In this document: in pieces, positions 39,674 through 48,445 of the stretch
Layout of the letters: every line of letters begins with the position of its first letter
Numbering within the stretch: the first letter of the stretch is position 1
Origin: Candidatus Omnitrophota bacterium
GTDB lineage: Bacteria; Omnitrophota; Gorgyraeia; Gygaellales; Profunditerraquicolaceae
Direction of reading: 5' to 3'
Length of the DNA: 64,000 bases
NCBI GenBank assembly: GCA_028712255.1
Contig: JAQTQJ010000001.1
Location: 140,366-204,365 of the forward strand
Translations under genes and position numbers: made by a program
The notes under the pieces: generated by a model
Told to the model about the DNA's origin: nothing
Database searches by the model: none
The model's input: only the letters and a program-made list of their open reading frames with translations

Positions 39674-40750
39674 ATGAGAGTTTTGATTGTTACCGGTTCA
39701 AGCGGTGGGCATATTTTTCCCGCTCTGGCTTTGATAGATTCATTAAAGAATTTATCCAATGATGTGCTTTTAGTCCTACCTAAAAAAAGCACTTGTGACA
39801 ATGCTATTTTTTTAGAATCCGCGCAAATTAAATATATCCCTGCAGCTAGTTTAAGCCTTAATTTGAGCAGCAAGAATATAAGAGGCGCTTATTCATTTTT
39901 GTTGGGCGCCTGGGAAAGCTTGCGTATTCTCGTAAGGTTTAAGCCTGATATTGTGGTTGGGTTTGGAAGCTTAAATACTATTGCCATGATATTTTGGGCC
40001 TGGTTGTTTAGGATAAAAACTATTATTCATGAACAAAATGTTATTCCAGGTAGGGCAAATCGCTTACTTGCGAAATTAGTTGACCGAATAGCAGTATCTT
40101 TTAGTCAGACAGTAAATTATTTAAAAGTTTGCGTTAAAAAAATTGTTTTTACCGGTAACCCTCTGCGCAAGGATCTGATCCGCATAGCTAAGAAAGAGGC
40201 GCTTGATTTTTTTAAGTTTAAAGAAGGTAAATTTAATATATTAATTACCGGTGGAAGCCAAGGGTCGAATAAGTTAAATTCTGTTTGTTTGGAGGCGTTA
40301 TCTGCTTGTCAGAAAAAAGATGACCTCCAAGTAATTCATATTTGCGGAATTCAGGATTTCCCTGCTCTTAAGGTAAGATATGAATCTTTGAATTTGAGAT
40401 ATAGGCTGTTTGAATTTTTAGCTGTTATGCAATATGCTTATAGCATAGCGGATCTGGTAATTTGTCGTTCAGGCGCTACAACAATTGCCGAGTTGCAAAG
40501 GTTTGGAATACCTGCGATATTAGTACCATATCCTTTTGCTTATGCGCACCAGGAGGCTAATGCCCGCATACTAGAGGATCTTGGAGCCGCATTGATTTTT
40601 AGAGATGAGCAATTGTGCCCAGAAAAAATAACTGATAAATTGAACGAGTTTTCAATGGATCCGAATAAGCTCAAAGCTATGCGAGAATCTTATGTGCGAC
40701 TTCAGGTTTTAGATGCAGCTTCATTACTTGCTAAAGAGGTTTTGAAATGA
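39674..40750 (+). CDS. murG: UDP-N-acetylglucosamine--N-acetylmuramyl-(pentapeptide) pyrophosphoryl-undecaprenol GlcNAc transferase
   Basis: GT28 N-terminus (VLIVTGSSGGHIFPALAL) and C-terminal donor-binding region. Confidence 0.9.
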   Translation: MRVLIVTGSSGGHIFPALALIDSLKNLSNDVLLVLPKKSTCDNAIFLESAQIKYIPAASLSLNLSSKNIRGAYSFLLGAWESLRILVRFKPDIVVGFGSLNTIAMIFWAWLFRIKTIIHEQNVIPGRANRLLAKLVDRIAVSFSQTVNYLKVCVKKIVFTGNPLRKDLIRIAKKEALDFFKFKEGKFNILITGGSQGSNKLNSVCLEALSACQKKDDLQVIHICGIQDFPALKVRYESLNLRYRLFEFLAVMQYAYSIADLVICRSGATTIAELQRFGIPAILVPYPFAYAHQEANARILEDLGAALIFRDEQLCPEKITDKLNEFSMDPNKLKAMRESYVRLQVLDAASLLAKEVLK

Positions 40751-42105
40751 AGGAGTATTATCATTTTATAGGGATAGGCGGTATAGGGATGAGTGGTATT
40801 GCTCATTTATTACTGAAAAGCGGCTTTAGGGTAAGCGGTTCAGATCTAAAAGATAATCATATTACCAATGAGCTGAAGAGTTTGGGAGCAAAGATATTTA
40901 TTGGCCATAATGCGCAAAATGTGGGAGGCCAGGATTTGGTGGTTTATTCTTCGGCGATAAGTGAGGATAATCCAGAATTACGCCAAGCAAAAATTTTAGG
41001 AATACCTGTAATCAAAAGAGCCCAAGCTTTAGCGAAGCTTATGCGGGAAAAGACAGCAATAACAGTTGCCGGTAGCCACGGTAAAACTACTACTACTTCG
41101 CTGGTTTCTTATCTTTTACTTGAAGCCGGGCTTAATCCTACTGTAGTTGTCGGAGGAATACTTAATAATATCAATACCAATGCTTGTTTAGGAAATGGTG
41201 ATTTTTTCGTCGCTGAAGCCGATGAATCCGATGGGTCATTCTTAAGTTATAGCCCGAAATATTCAGTTATTACTAATATTGACCGGGAGCATTTGGATTA
41301 TTATCATAATTTTGACAACGAATTAGAGGCATTTGATTCTTTTATAAAATGCACTCAGGAGGAAGGATGCGTCTTTGCCTGCTCAGATGATCCTAATTTA
41401 GTAAATATGCTAAAAGCCTATAAAGGCAAACATTTATTTTTTGGCCTGGATAATGCTGCTGATATTTACGCTAAGAATATTTTATTTACAGGGCTATCTT
41501 CCGATTTCGACTGTTATTTTAAAAATAAATTGATTTCCCGTTTTCATTTAGCTTTAGGTGGCAGGCATAATATTTCAAATTCTTTGGCGGTAATTGCTTT
41601 GGGTTTAGAATTGGGTATTAATTTAGGGTGTATCCGCAGAGTTCTAGAAGGATATAAAGGTACTCACCGTAGGCTGGAGACGAAACTTAAGAATGATAAA
41701 TATTTAGTAATCGATGATTATGCGCATCATCCCTCTGAGATTAAGGCTACTTTGCAGGCAATTACTAATCTGGATGCGGGACGCTTGATCGTTGTGTTTC
41801 AACCGCATCGTTTTAGCCGTACCCAGTTACTTTTAGATGAATTTGCAAAATCTTTTGAAACGGTTGATTATTTGATCATCACGGATATTTATGCGGCAAG
41901 CGAACAGCCCATTGATGGGATATGCGCCAAAAAGTTATTAGAAAAAATAAAGGAATTCGCAAAAAATAAAGAAGTGTTATATTTGCCTAAAGAAGATATA
42001 ATTGAACATTTGATAGGTATTTTGCGCAAGGATGATTTGGTGATCACCTTGGGAGCAGGAGATATTACAAAGGTTTCCGATGTTTTGGCCCAAAGACTTA
42101 AATAA
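40747..42105 (+). CDS. murC: UDP-N-acetylmuramate--L-alanine ligase
   Basis: HFIGIGGIGMSGIA N-terminus and P-loop GSHGKTTTTS. Confidence 0.95.
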   Translation: MKEYYHFIGIGGIGMSGIAHLLLKSGFRVSGSDLKDNHITNELKSLGAKIFIGHNAQNVGGQDLVVYSSAISEDNPELRQAKILGIPVIKRAQALAKLMREKTAITVAGSHGKTTTTSLVSYLLLEAGLNPTVVVGGILNNINTNACLGNGDFFVAEADESDGSFLSYSPKYSVITNIDREHLDYYHNFDNELEAFDSFIKCTQEEGCVFACSDDPNLVNMLKAYKGKHLFFGLDNAADIYAKNILFTGLSSDFDCYFKNKLISRFHLALGGRHNISNSLAVIALGLELGINLGCIRRVLEGYKGTHRRLETKLKNDKYLVIDDYAHHPSEIKATLQAITNLDAGRLIVVFQPHRFSRTQLLLDEFAKSFETVDYLIITDIYAASEQPIDGICAKKLLEKIKEFAKNKEVLYLPKEDIIEHLIGILRKDDLVITLGAGDITKVSDVLAQRLK

Positions 42106-42961
42106 AAAAATAAAAACTAAAATAAAACTGGCTAATCTTACAAGTTTTAAAATAGGCGGGCCGGCAAAGTTTTTTTTTGAACCTACTAATCTTGAAAATT
42201 TGCAAAGAGTTATTATTTTGGCCAAGAGTGCGGGGGTAAGGATTTTTATTTTAGGCTCAGGCAGTAATCTGTTAGTTAGTGATTCTGGGTTAGACGGGAT
42301 TGTGATCAGGCTGACTGCTAAAGATTTTAAAGGGATTTATACTAAAGGTACTTGTATAATAGCGGGGGCAGGGTTAAAATTAAGTCAATTGATTTTATTT
42401 GCCCAAAAAGAAGGCTTGTCCGGGCTAGAATTTCTTGCTGGAATTCCCGGGACATTAGGCGGGGCTCTTGCAGGTAATGCCGGAGCTTGGGGTAACTCGA
42501 TTGGAGATTTAGTTAAACAAGTATATGTTTTGGATTATAGCGGTAGGCCCAGGCTAACTAACTGTAAGGAATTAAAGTTTTCCTATCGCAAATCAAAGCT
42601 GGATAAATATATTATTATTTCTGCTGTGCTTAGGTTGCAAGCTTTAGATAAGAATTCGATTACGCAGAAAATAAGAGAATACCTTTTAAGGCGAAATAAG
42701 TCTCAGAATGATACTTTTCCTAATGCAGGTTGTGTTTTTAAAAACCCCGGTAAGAATTCAGCAGGTTTTCTTATTGATAACTGTGGATTAAAAGGGGAAA
42801 CATTGGGAGGGGCTGCTGTTTCTAGGAGGCATGCGAATTTTATTTTAAATTCCAATAATGCAAAAAGCAGCGATGTTTTAGCCCTGATGGCTTTAATTAA
42901 AAGTAAAGTAAAATCAAGGTTTAAGATTAATCTTGAACCTGAAATAAAAATATGGAAATAA
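42080..42961 (+). CDS. murB: UDP-N-acetylenolpyruvoylglucosamine reductase
   Basis: FAD-binding PCMH domain (LTSFKIGGPA…ILGSGSNLL) and MurB C-terminal domain. The start is probably downstream of 42080, given the 26-nt overlap with murC. Confidence 0.88.
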   Translation: MFWPKDLNKKIKTKIKLANLTSFKIGGPAKFFFEPTNLENLQRVIILAKSAGVRIFILGSGSNLLVSDSGLDGIVIRLTAKDFKGIYTKGTCIIAGAGLKLSQLILFAQKEGLSGLEFLAGIPGTLGGALAGNAGAWGNSIGDLVKQVYVLDYSGRPRLTNCKELKFSYRKSKLDKYIIISAVLRLQALDKNSITQKIREYLLRRNKSQNDTFPNAGCVFKNPGKNSAGFLIDNCGLKGETLGGAAVSRRHANFILNSNNAKSSDVLALMALIKSKVKSRFKINLEPEIKIWK

Positions 42962-43896
42962 AAGATTTTGGCAGGGTGGGGGTATTAATGGGGGGTCCTT
43001 CCTCAGAAAGAGAAATCTCTTTTAAAAGCGGCCATGCGGTATTAGGTGCTCTTTTAGAGTCAGGAATAGAGGCTATAGGAATTAATATAGTTTCTGAAAG
43101 TGAAGAAGAAAATGTCAGATTACTTAAAGGGTATAATTTAACCGGGGCCTTTATTGCTTTACATGGACGTTTCGGAGAGGACGGAGCAATCCAGGAGATT
43201 TTGGAAAAAATAAATTTGCCTTATACTGCTTCAGGGGTTTCCGCTAGCCGGCTGGCAATGGATAAGATTAGTTCATTAGAGGTATTAAAAGCAGGAGGGT
43301 TATCTGTTCCTAGATCTTGGTTTATCGAGAAGGCAACTTACCAAAGAAAAAAGATTTTTGATAATGATTTGGGATTACCTTTGGTAGTAAAGCCGGCTAA
43401 TCATGGTTCAAGCATTGGGCTTTCACTTGTTGAGTTTAAGGAGGAGCTGCCTGCAGCTATTCAGATGGCTTTTAAGTTTGATGAACGCATAATTATTGAG
43501 GAGTATATATATGGAAGAGAGCTCACTGTTGGGATTCTGGGGCAGGAGGTTTTGCCTGTGATCGAAATTATCCCAAAAAGTAAATTTTTTGATTTTCAGG
43601 CCAAGTATCAATCACGATTAACCCAGTATATTATTCCTGCTGATTTAAAGGAGGGTACTTCTAAAATGGTTCGGCAAACTGCTTTAGAAGCGCATCGGAT
43701 TTTGGGTTGTTCCGGTTGTTCGCGTACAGATATCATGTTAAGTAAAGATGGCTTGGCGTATGTTTTGGAGGTAAATACCATACCCGGTATGACATCTACT
43801 AGTCTTTTGCCTAAGGCAGCCAATGTTGTTGGTATTAATTTTAATCAACTTTGTATTAAATTATTGGAATTAGCTTATGAGAAAGCAAAAATTTAA
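42952..43896 (+). CDS. ddl: D-alanine--D-alanine ligase
   Basis: ATP-grasp motifs (VLMGGPSSEREIS…, LEVNTIPGMT). Confidence 0.95.
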   Translation: MEIKDFGRVGVLMGGPSSEREISFKSGHAVLGALLESGIEAIGINIVSESEEENVRLLKGYNLTGAFIALHGRFGEDGAIQEILEKINLPYTASGVSASRLAMDKISSLEVLKAGGLSVPRSWFIEKATYQRKKIFDNDLGLPLVVKPANHGSSIGLSLVEFKEELPAAIQMAFKFDERIIIEEYIYGRELTVGILGQEVLPVIEIIPKSKFFDFQAKYQSRLTQYIIPADLKEGTSKMVRQTALEAHRILGCSGCSRTDIMLSKDGLAYVLEVNTIPGMTSTSLLPKAANVVGINFNQLCIKLLELAYEKAKI

Positions 43897-44665
43897 TTTA
43901 CCAGTAAGGATTGTTTTCGTTTTGGCGATAATTTTACTTGCCATCTCTTTTGTAATAGGATATATTTGGAAAGCATTAACTACTTCGGAATTTTTTTCCG
44001 TTAAACAAATTATCGTTAGGAATTCCGATATTTCATTTAATTATTTAAAAGGTAGGAATATTTTTAGTTTAGATTTATTTGGCCAATCCCGGAAAGTTTC
44101 TCTAGGGTATCCGGATTGCCGCAAAGTTAGGTTAACCCGGGTATTTCCTAATTGCATATTTGTTGATTTTCTAAAGCGCCAGCCAGTTGCTTTAGTTAAA
44201 TTTTATAAAAATTTTGTGATTGATGACCAGGGATTTTTATTTTATCCGGAGTTAACTGTTGAAGAAGCGCAACTACCGGTAATTTACGGTTTAGAGACAA
44301 AAATATTTGCTCCGAAAGCAGGAGTAAAGTATAATCGGCCTGAGGTTGAGCTTGCTTTAACTATTCTTAAGGAATTTAAAGTCAATAAGGGCTTTACAGG
44401 TTTTACATTAAAGAAAATTGATGTGTCGAATTTGCAAAGCGCCGGGTTTTTTCTTCTTTTGCCCAAACGGGCTGCTGATTATACAAACCCAAATCCTGTG
44501 ACAGAGTGGATGGGTTTTGAAGTGCGTATAGGTGAAGCCAATATCAGAGAAAAAATGATGATTTTGGGTGGATTGATTATGCAGGCACGTAAGGAATGGC
44601 CAGATATTAAATATATAGACTTAAGGTTTAAGGAGCCGATAATTAAGTTAAACAATAAGCCTTGA
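43877..44665 (+). CDS. ftsQ: Cell division protein FtsQ/DivIB
   Basis: N-terminal transmembrane helix, POTRA-like region and FtsQ C-terminal domain; canonical position before ftsA. Confidence 0.75.
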   Translation: MRKQKFNLPVRIVFVLAIILLAISFVIGYIWKALTTSEFFSVKQIIVRNSDISFNYLKGRNIFSLDLFGQSRKVSLGYPDCRKVRLTRVFPNCIFVDFLKRQPVALVKFYKNFVIDDQGFLFYPELTVEEAQLPVIYGLETKIFAPKAGVKYNRPEVELALTILKEFKVNKGFTGFTLKKIDVSNLQSAGFFLLLPKRAADYTNPNPVTEWMGFEVRIGEANIREKMMILGGLIMQARKEWPDIKYIDLRFKEPIIKLNNKP

Positions 44666-44709
44666 TTTAGAAGCCTCATTGTTTAAGAAACGCTAACTTA
44701 AGGATAACT

Positions 44710-45966
44710 GTGTTAAATAATAATTATATTTGCGCAATTGATATAGGTTCAAATAAAATTTCTGCAGCTGTTGGGCGGGTAAAGAAAAACCGGATAGAGG
44801 AGATCTTTTTTGATTCTGCGCCATCGGTCGGCGTAAAAGAAGGGGTAATTGTCGATGCCACGCAATTGGTTATTTGCCTGACTAAGATTATCAAGAGTTT
44901 GAGAGCTAAATCTGGGTTAAAAATAAAATTTATTCATACTAATTTTTCCGGTAAAGATATTTCAACTAAACATAGCCATGCAATTATTCCTCTTGCCGAG
45001 CGCGGCAACAAGGTGATTACTTCAACTGATATAACTAGCGCCAATGAGCAGGCGCGTATTCTTGGATCAAGTTTGGAAGAGGAGATTATCCATGTAATTC
45101 CATCCAGCTATTCTATTGATTCTAAAAGTAATGTTATTAATCCTATCGGTTTATACAGCCATCGGTTGGAGGTGGATTTATACCTGGTTTGCGCCAGGCT
45201 TTCTTCCTTACAGAGTTTAAGCCGGGTTATCAACCAGTGTGGATGCGAGATCAGAAGCCTTTCTTTTTCGGGGCTGGTTACTAGTAAAGCAGTGTTTGGC
45301 AGTAAAGAAAAAAAAGGGTTGAGCATATTTTGTGATGTAGGTAGCGATATTACGGAGCTGCTTATTTTTAAAGACGGCCTCCTGCAGGATATTCAGATTT
45401 TACCTTTAGGCGGCAATAGCATGACACAACAACTCTGTGAAGGTTTAAAAATCAATTTTGAATTGGGCGAAGATATCAAACGCTCTTATGGGATTATCGG
45501 AGATGCAGGTAGCATACCGGAAAATAAAGAAATTTTAGTCAAAAGGGATGAATTTTATAAGCCGATTAAGCAGCGTGATGTAGCGCAGATGACCACTAAC
45601 TCCGGCCGCTTAATATGTTCGCAGATTAAGGAGGTTGTAGAGAGAAAAGTGGCATTGCATGAAATAGATCATTTTATTATGGCTGGTAAAACGCTGTTGA
45701 CTGATGGATTCATTGAGATGATGGAAAGCCTGATGGGTATTCCGGTTGCAATCGGCAGGATCAATAATCCGGAAATTATTCCTCTATCAAAAGAGAATAG
45801 TGAGTTATCCGGACAGAAGTACTTGACTTATCTGACTTGTCTTGGGATGATTTGTGAGGATTTAGAGAATAAGACTGTAGGTAATTTGACCTTAGTAAAG
45901 CCTGCCAGAAATCTGCTTTTTAAAACAATAAACCGTTTTAAAGAAGTTTATCAGGAGTATTTTTAA
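44710..45966 (+). CDS. ftsA: Cell division protein FtsA
   Basis: Actin-fold N-terminus (ICAIDIGSNKISAAVG) and FtsA 1C/2B subdomains. Confidence 0.9.
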   Translation: MLNNNYICAIDIGSNKISAAVGRVKKNRIEEIFFDSAPSVGVKEGVIVDATQLVICLTKIIKSLRAKSGLKIKFIHTNFSGKDISTKHSHAIIPLAERGNKVITSTDITSANEQARILGSSLEEEIIHVIPSSYSIDSKSNVINPIGLYSHRLEVDLYLVCARLSSLQSLSRVINQCGCEIRSLSFSGLVTSKAVFGSKEKKGLSIFCDVGSDITELLIFKDGLLQDIQILPLGGNSMTQQLCEGLKINFELGEDIKRSYGIIGDAGSIPENKEILVKRDEFYKPIKQRDVAQMTTNSGRLICSQIKEVVERKVALHEIDHFIMAGKTLLTDGFIEMMESLMGIPVAIGRINNPEIIPLSKENSELSGQKYLTYLTCLGMICEDLENKTVGNLTLVKPARNLLFKTINRFKEVYQEYF

Positions 45967-45980
45967 AATCTAAGGAAAAA

Positions 45981-46040
45981 CAGGGGACCGTTTCTATTTT
46001 TTTATTATTTTTAATTAACAAAAAATAGAAACGGTCCCTG
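45981..46040 (+). terminator. Hairpin (conserved palindrome family member D) directly after ftsA
   Basis: CAGGGGACCGTTTCTATTTTT-(18 nt)-AAAAATAGAAACGGTCCCTG followed by GATTTTCTC. Confidence 0.65.
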
Positions 46041-46056
46041 GATTTTCTCAGGTTAT

Positions 46057-46066
46057 TGTGTATAAT
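46057..46066 (+). promoter_or_regulatory. Extended -10 promoter element (TGTGTATAAT) upstream of yggS
   Basis: A perfect TGnTATAAT sits 15 nt upstream of the yggS ATG. Confidence 0.4.
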
Positions 46067-46080
46067 ATGTTAACTAATCT

Positions 46081-46740
46081 ATGATTAAAGATAATATAGA
46101 GACAGTCAGGCGTAAGATTAAAGAGGTTTGTGTAAGGATTGGGACTGATCCTGAAAAAATTACGATAGTCTGTGTAACCAAAGGTAGGCCGGTTTCACAG
46201 ATTCAAGAAGCAGCTAGGCTGGGTTTTAAAGATATCGGTGAGAACAGAGTACAGGAGGCGCTTCAAAAATATGAAGAAATTCCTGGAGTAAAGTGGCATA
46301 TGATCGGCCACTTGCAGTCAAATAAAGTAAAAGAAGCTTTAAAAGTATTTGATCTTATTCATTCTGTTGATAGTGTCAGTTTAGCGCAAGAAATTAATAA
46401 GCAAGCTCTTAAAATAAATAAAATCCAGGATATTCTTTTAGAGGTTAAAACTTCTCCGGAGTCTGCAAAATTTGGATTTTCTCCTCAGGATTTAACTAGT
46501 GCCTGCGCAGAAATAAAAGAACTGGAGAATGTAAAGATTAAAGGATTGATGACTATTGCTCCTGTTGTGGAAAACAGCCAGCAGGCGCGGCCATTTTTTT
46601 CAGAACTTAAACGATTACGTGATAAATTAAATCCTGATTGGTTGCTTTCTATGGGGATGTCCGATGATTTTGAGGTGGCCATTGAAGAAGGAGCTAATAT
46701 TATAAGGTTGGGTAGGGCGATATCCCAAGACAATGTTTAA
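46081..46740 (+). CDS. yggS: YggS-family pyridoxal-phosphate homeostasis protein (PLPBP)
   Basis: 219-aa alanine-racemase-fold protein with YggS family motifs (VCVTKGRP…GENRVQEA…HMIGHLQSNK). Confidence 0.9.
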   Translation: MIKDNIETVRRKIKEVCVRIGTDPEKITIVCVTKGRPVSQIQEAARLGFKDIGENRVQEALQKYEEIPGVKWHMIGHLQSNKVKEALKVFDLIHSVDSVSLAQEINKQALKINKIQDILLEVKTSPESAKFGFSPQDLTSACAEIKELENVKIKGLMTIAPVVENSQQARPFFSELKRLRDKLNPDWLLSMGMSDDFEVAIEEGANIIRLGRAISQDNV

Positions 46741-47569
46741 TTTCTTAAGAAAAAAAATCGGTATAATCGGTTTCGGCAATATGGGTAGTGCAATTGCTGA
46801 AGGCATAAAAAATAAGTATGCTGTTTGTGTTTTTGATAAAGATAAAAATAAAATTAATGCTTTAAAAAATATAACTGTCGTCAATAATCCTGTTGAGTTA
46901 GTTAAGCAATGTGAGGTTATTATTTTGGGAGTCAAGCCGCAGGATTTTGATGGGTTGTTTAATGAAATTAAATTTTTTGTGGAGAATAAGTTAATTATTA
47001 GTATTGCTGCAGGTATTACTACAGGTTACATCGAAAAAGTTTTAGGTAAAGTTGCGGTGGTCAGGGTAATGCCAAATCTAGCAGTTAAAGTTAGAAAGAG
47101 TACTACTGCTATTTGTAAAGGTTGGCTTGCCACTGATAAGGATATGCAGTTTGTTTTTAAACTTTTTAAGTATTTAGGAATCGTTTTTATTTTCCCTGAA
47201 GATATGATGGATGCTGTTACGGCCATTGCCGGAAGCGGTCCCGGATTTTGGTGTGATTTAGTTCAGGGTAAGCCAAAGGAAGAATGGAAAAATTTTAGTT
47301 TGGAGCATTTTATTCAGGAATTTTCTTTGGCTGCCGAAGAAGTTGGATTTAATAAAGAGGATGCTAAAAAAATTGTTACATCAACTACTATGGGTACTTT
47401 AGCTACGGTGGAAGCATTAGGCATAACTCCGGCAGAACTAAGGGATAAAATTACCTCAAAAAGCGGGACTACACAGGCTGGTTTAGAGGCTTTACATAAT
47501 AGCGGATCATTGGTAGAAGCAGCAAAAGCTGCAGTTTTACGTTCAAAAGAATTATCCAAAAAGGAGTAA
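46733..47569 (+). CDS. proC: Pyrroline-5-carboxylate reductase
   Basis: NADP-binding motif (IGIIGFGNMGSAI) and a P5CR C-terminal domain. Confidence 0.9.
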   Translation: MFNFLRKKIGIIGFGNMGSAIAEGIKNKYAVCVFDKDKNKINALKNITVVNNPVELVKQCEVIILGVKPQDFDGLFNEIKFFVENKLIISIAAGITTGYIEKVLGKVAVVRVMPNLAVKVRKSTTAICKGWLATDKDMQFVFKLFKYLGIVFIFPEDMMDAVTAIAGSGPGFWCDLVQGKPKEEWKNFSLEHFIQEFSLAAEEVGFNKEDAKKIVTSTTMGTLATVEALGITPAELRDKITSKSGTTQAGLEALHNSGSLVEAAKAAVLRSKELSKKE

Positions 47570-47572
47570 AGT

Positions 47573-48445
47573 ATGTCGCGTATCGGGATTATCGGAGGAA
47601 GCGGGTTATATAGCCTTGAAGGATTAACTCATAAAAAGGATGTGGTATTAGATACCCCTTTTGGCAAGCCTTCTGAAAAATTATCTATCGGAGAATTGTA
47701 CGGAAAAGAAATTGTATTTTTACCGCGCCATGGGATAGGGCACCGTATATCTCCAAGTGAGATAAATTATCGCGCCAACATCTTTGCGATGAAAAAATTG
47801 GGAGTCGATAGGGTTATTTCTGTAACCGCATGCGGCAGCTTAAATGAGGATATGCACCCGCTTGATTTTGTGGTAGTGGACCAGTATGTTGACCGTACAA
47901 ATCAGGCAAGGAAAGCGACATTTTTTGACAAAGGTATTGTCGCGCACATTTCTTTTTCGCATCCGGTATGCCTACAGCTCAGCGGCATTCTTTTTGACGC
48001 CGGATATACGGCAAGTAAAGACCTGCGTATCAAGATGCATAAGGGCGGTACCTATATTAATATGGAGGGGCCGCAATTTTCGACTCTTGCTGAATCTAAT
48101 CTTTACCGTAGCTGGGGAATGGATGTAATTGGGATGACTAATATGCCCGAGGCCAAGCTCTGCCGTGAAGCGGAAATTTGTTATGCCACCTTGGCATGTA
48201 TTACCGATTTTGATTGTTGGCATCCCGATTTTGAAAAGATAACCGTGGAGATGGTAATTAACAACCTGCATAAAAATATCAATAATGCCAAGAAGATCTT
48301 GCACGGCCTGATAAAAAATCTTCCCGATAAAAGAGATTGCGGCTGCGCTCATGCGCTGAAAAATGCGATTATTACGGACAGGAAACTGATTTCGGCAAAA
48401 GTAAAAAAAGATTTAGAGATAATTATCGGTAAATATATAAAATGA
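47573..48445 (+). CDS. mtnP: S-methyl-5'-thioadenosine phosphorylase
   Basis: PNP/MTAP family motifs (IGIIGGSGLY, GMTNMPEAKLCREAEICYA). Confidence 0.82.
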   Translation: MSRIGIIGGSGLYSLEGLTHKKDVVLDTPFGKPSEKLSIGELYGKEIVFLPRHGIGHRISPSEINYRANIFAMKKLGVDRVISVTACGSLNEDMHPLDFVVVDQYVDRTNQARKATFFDKGIVAHISFSHPVCLQLSGILFDAGYTASKDLRIKMHKGGTYINMEGPQFSTLAESNLYRSWGMDVIGMTNMPEAKLCREAEICYATLACITDFDCWHPDFEKITVEMVINNLHKNINNAKKILHGLIKNLPDKRDCGCAHALKNAIITDRKLISAKVKKDLEIIIGKYIK

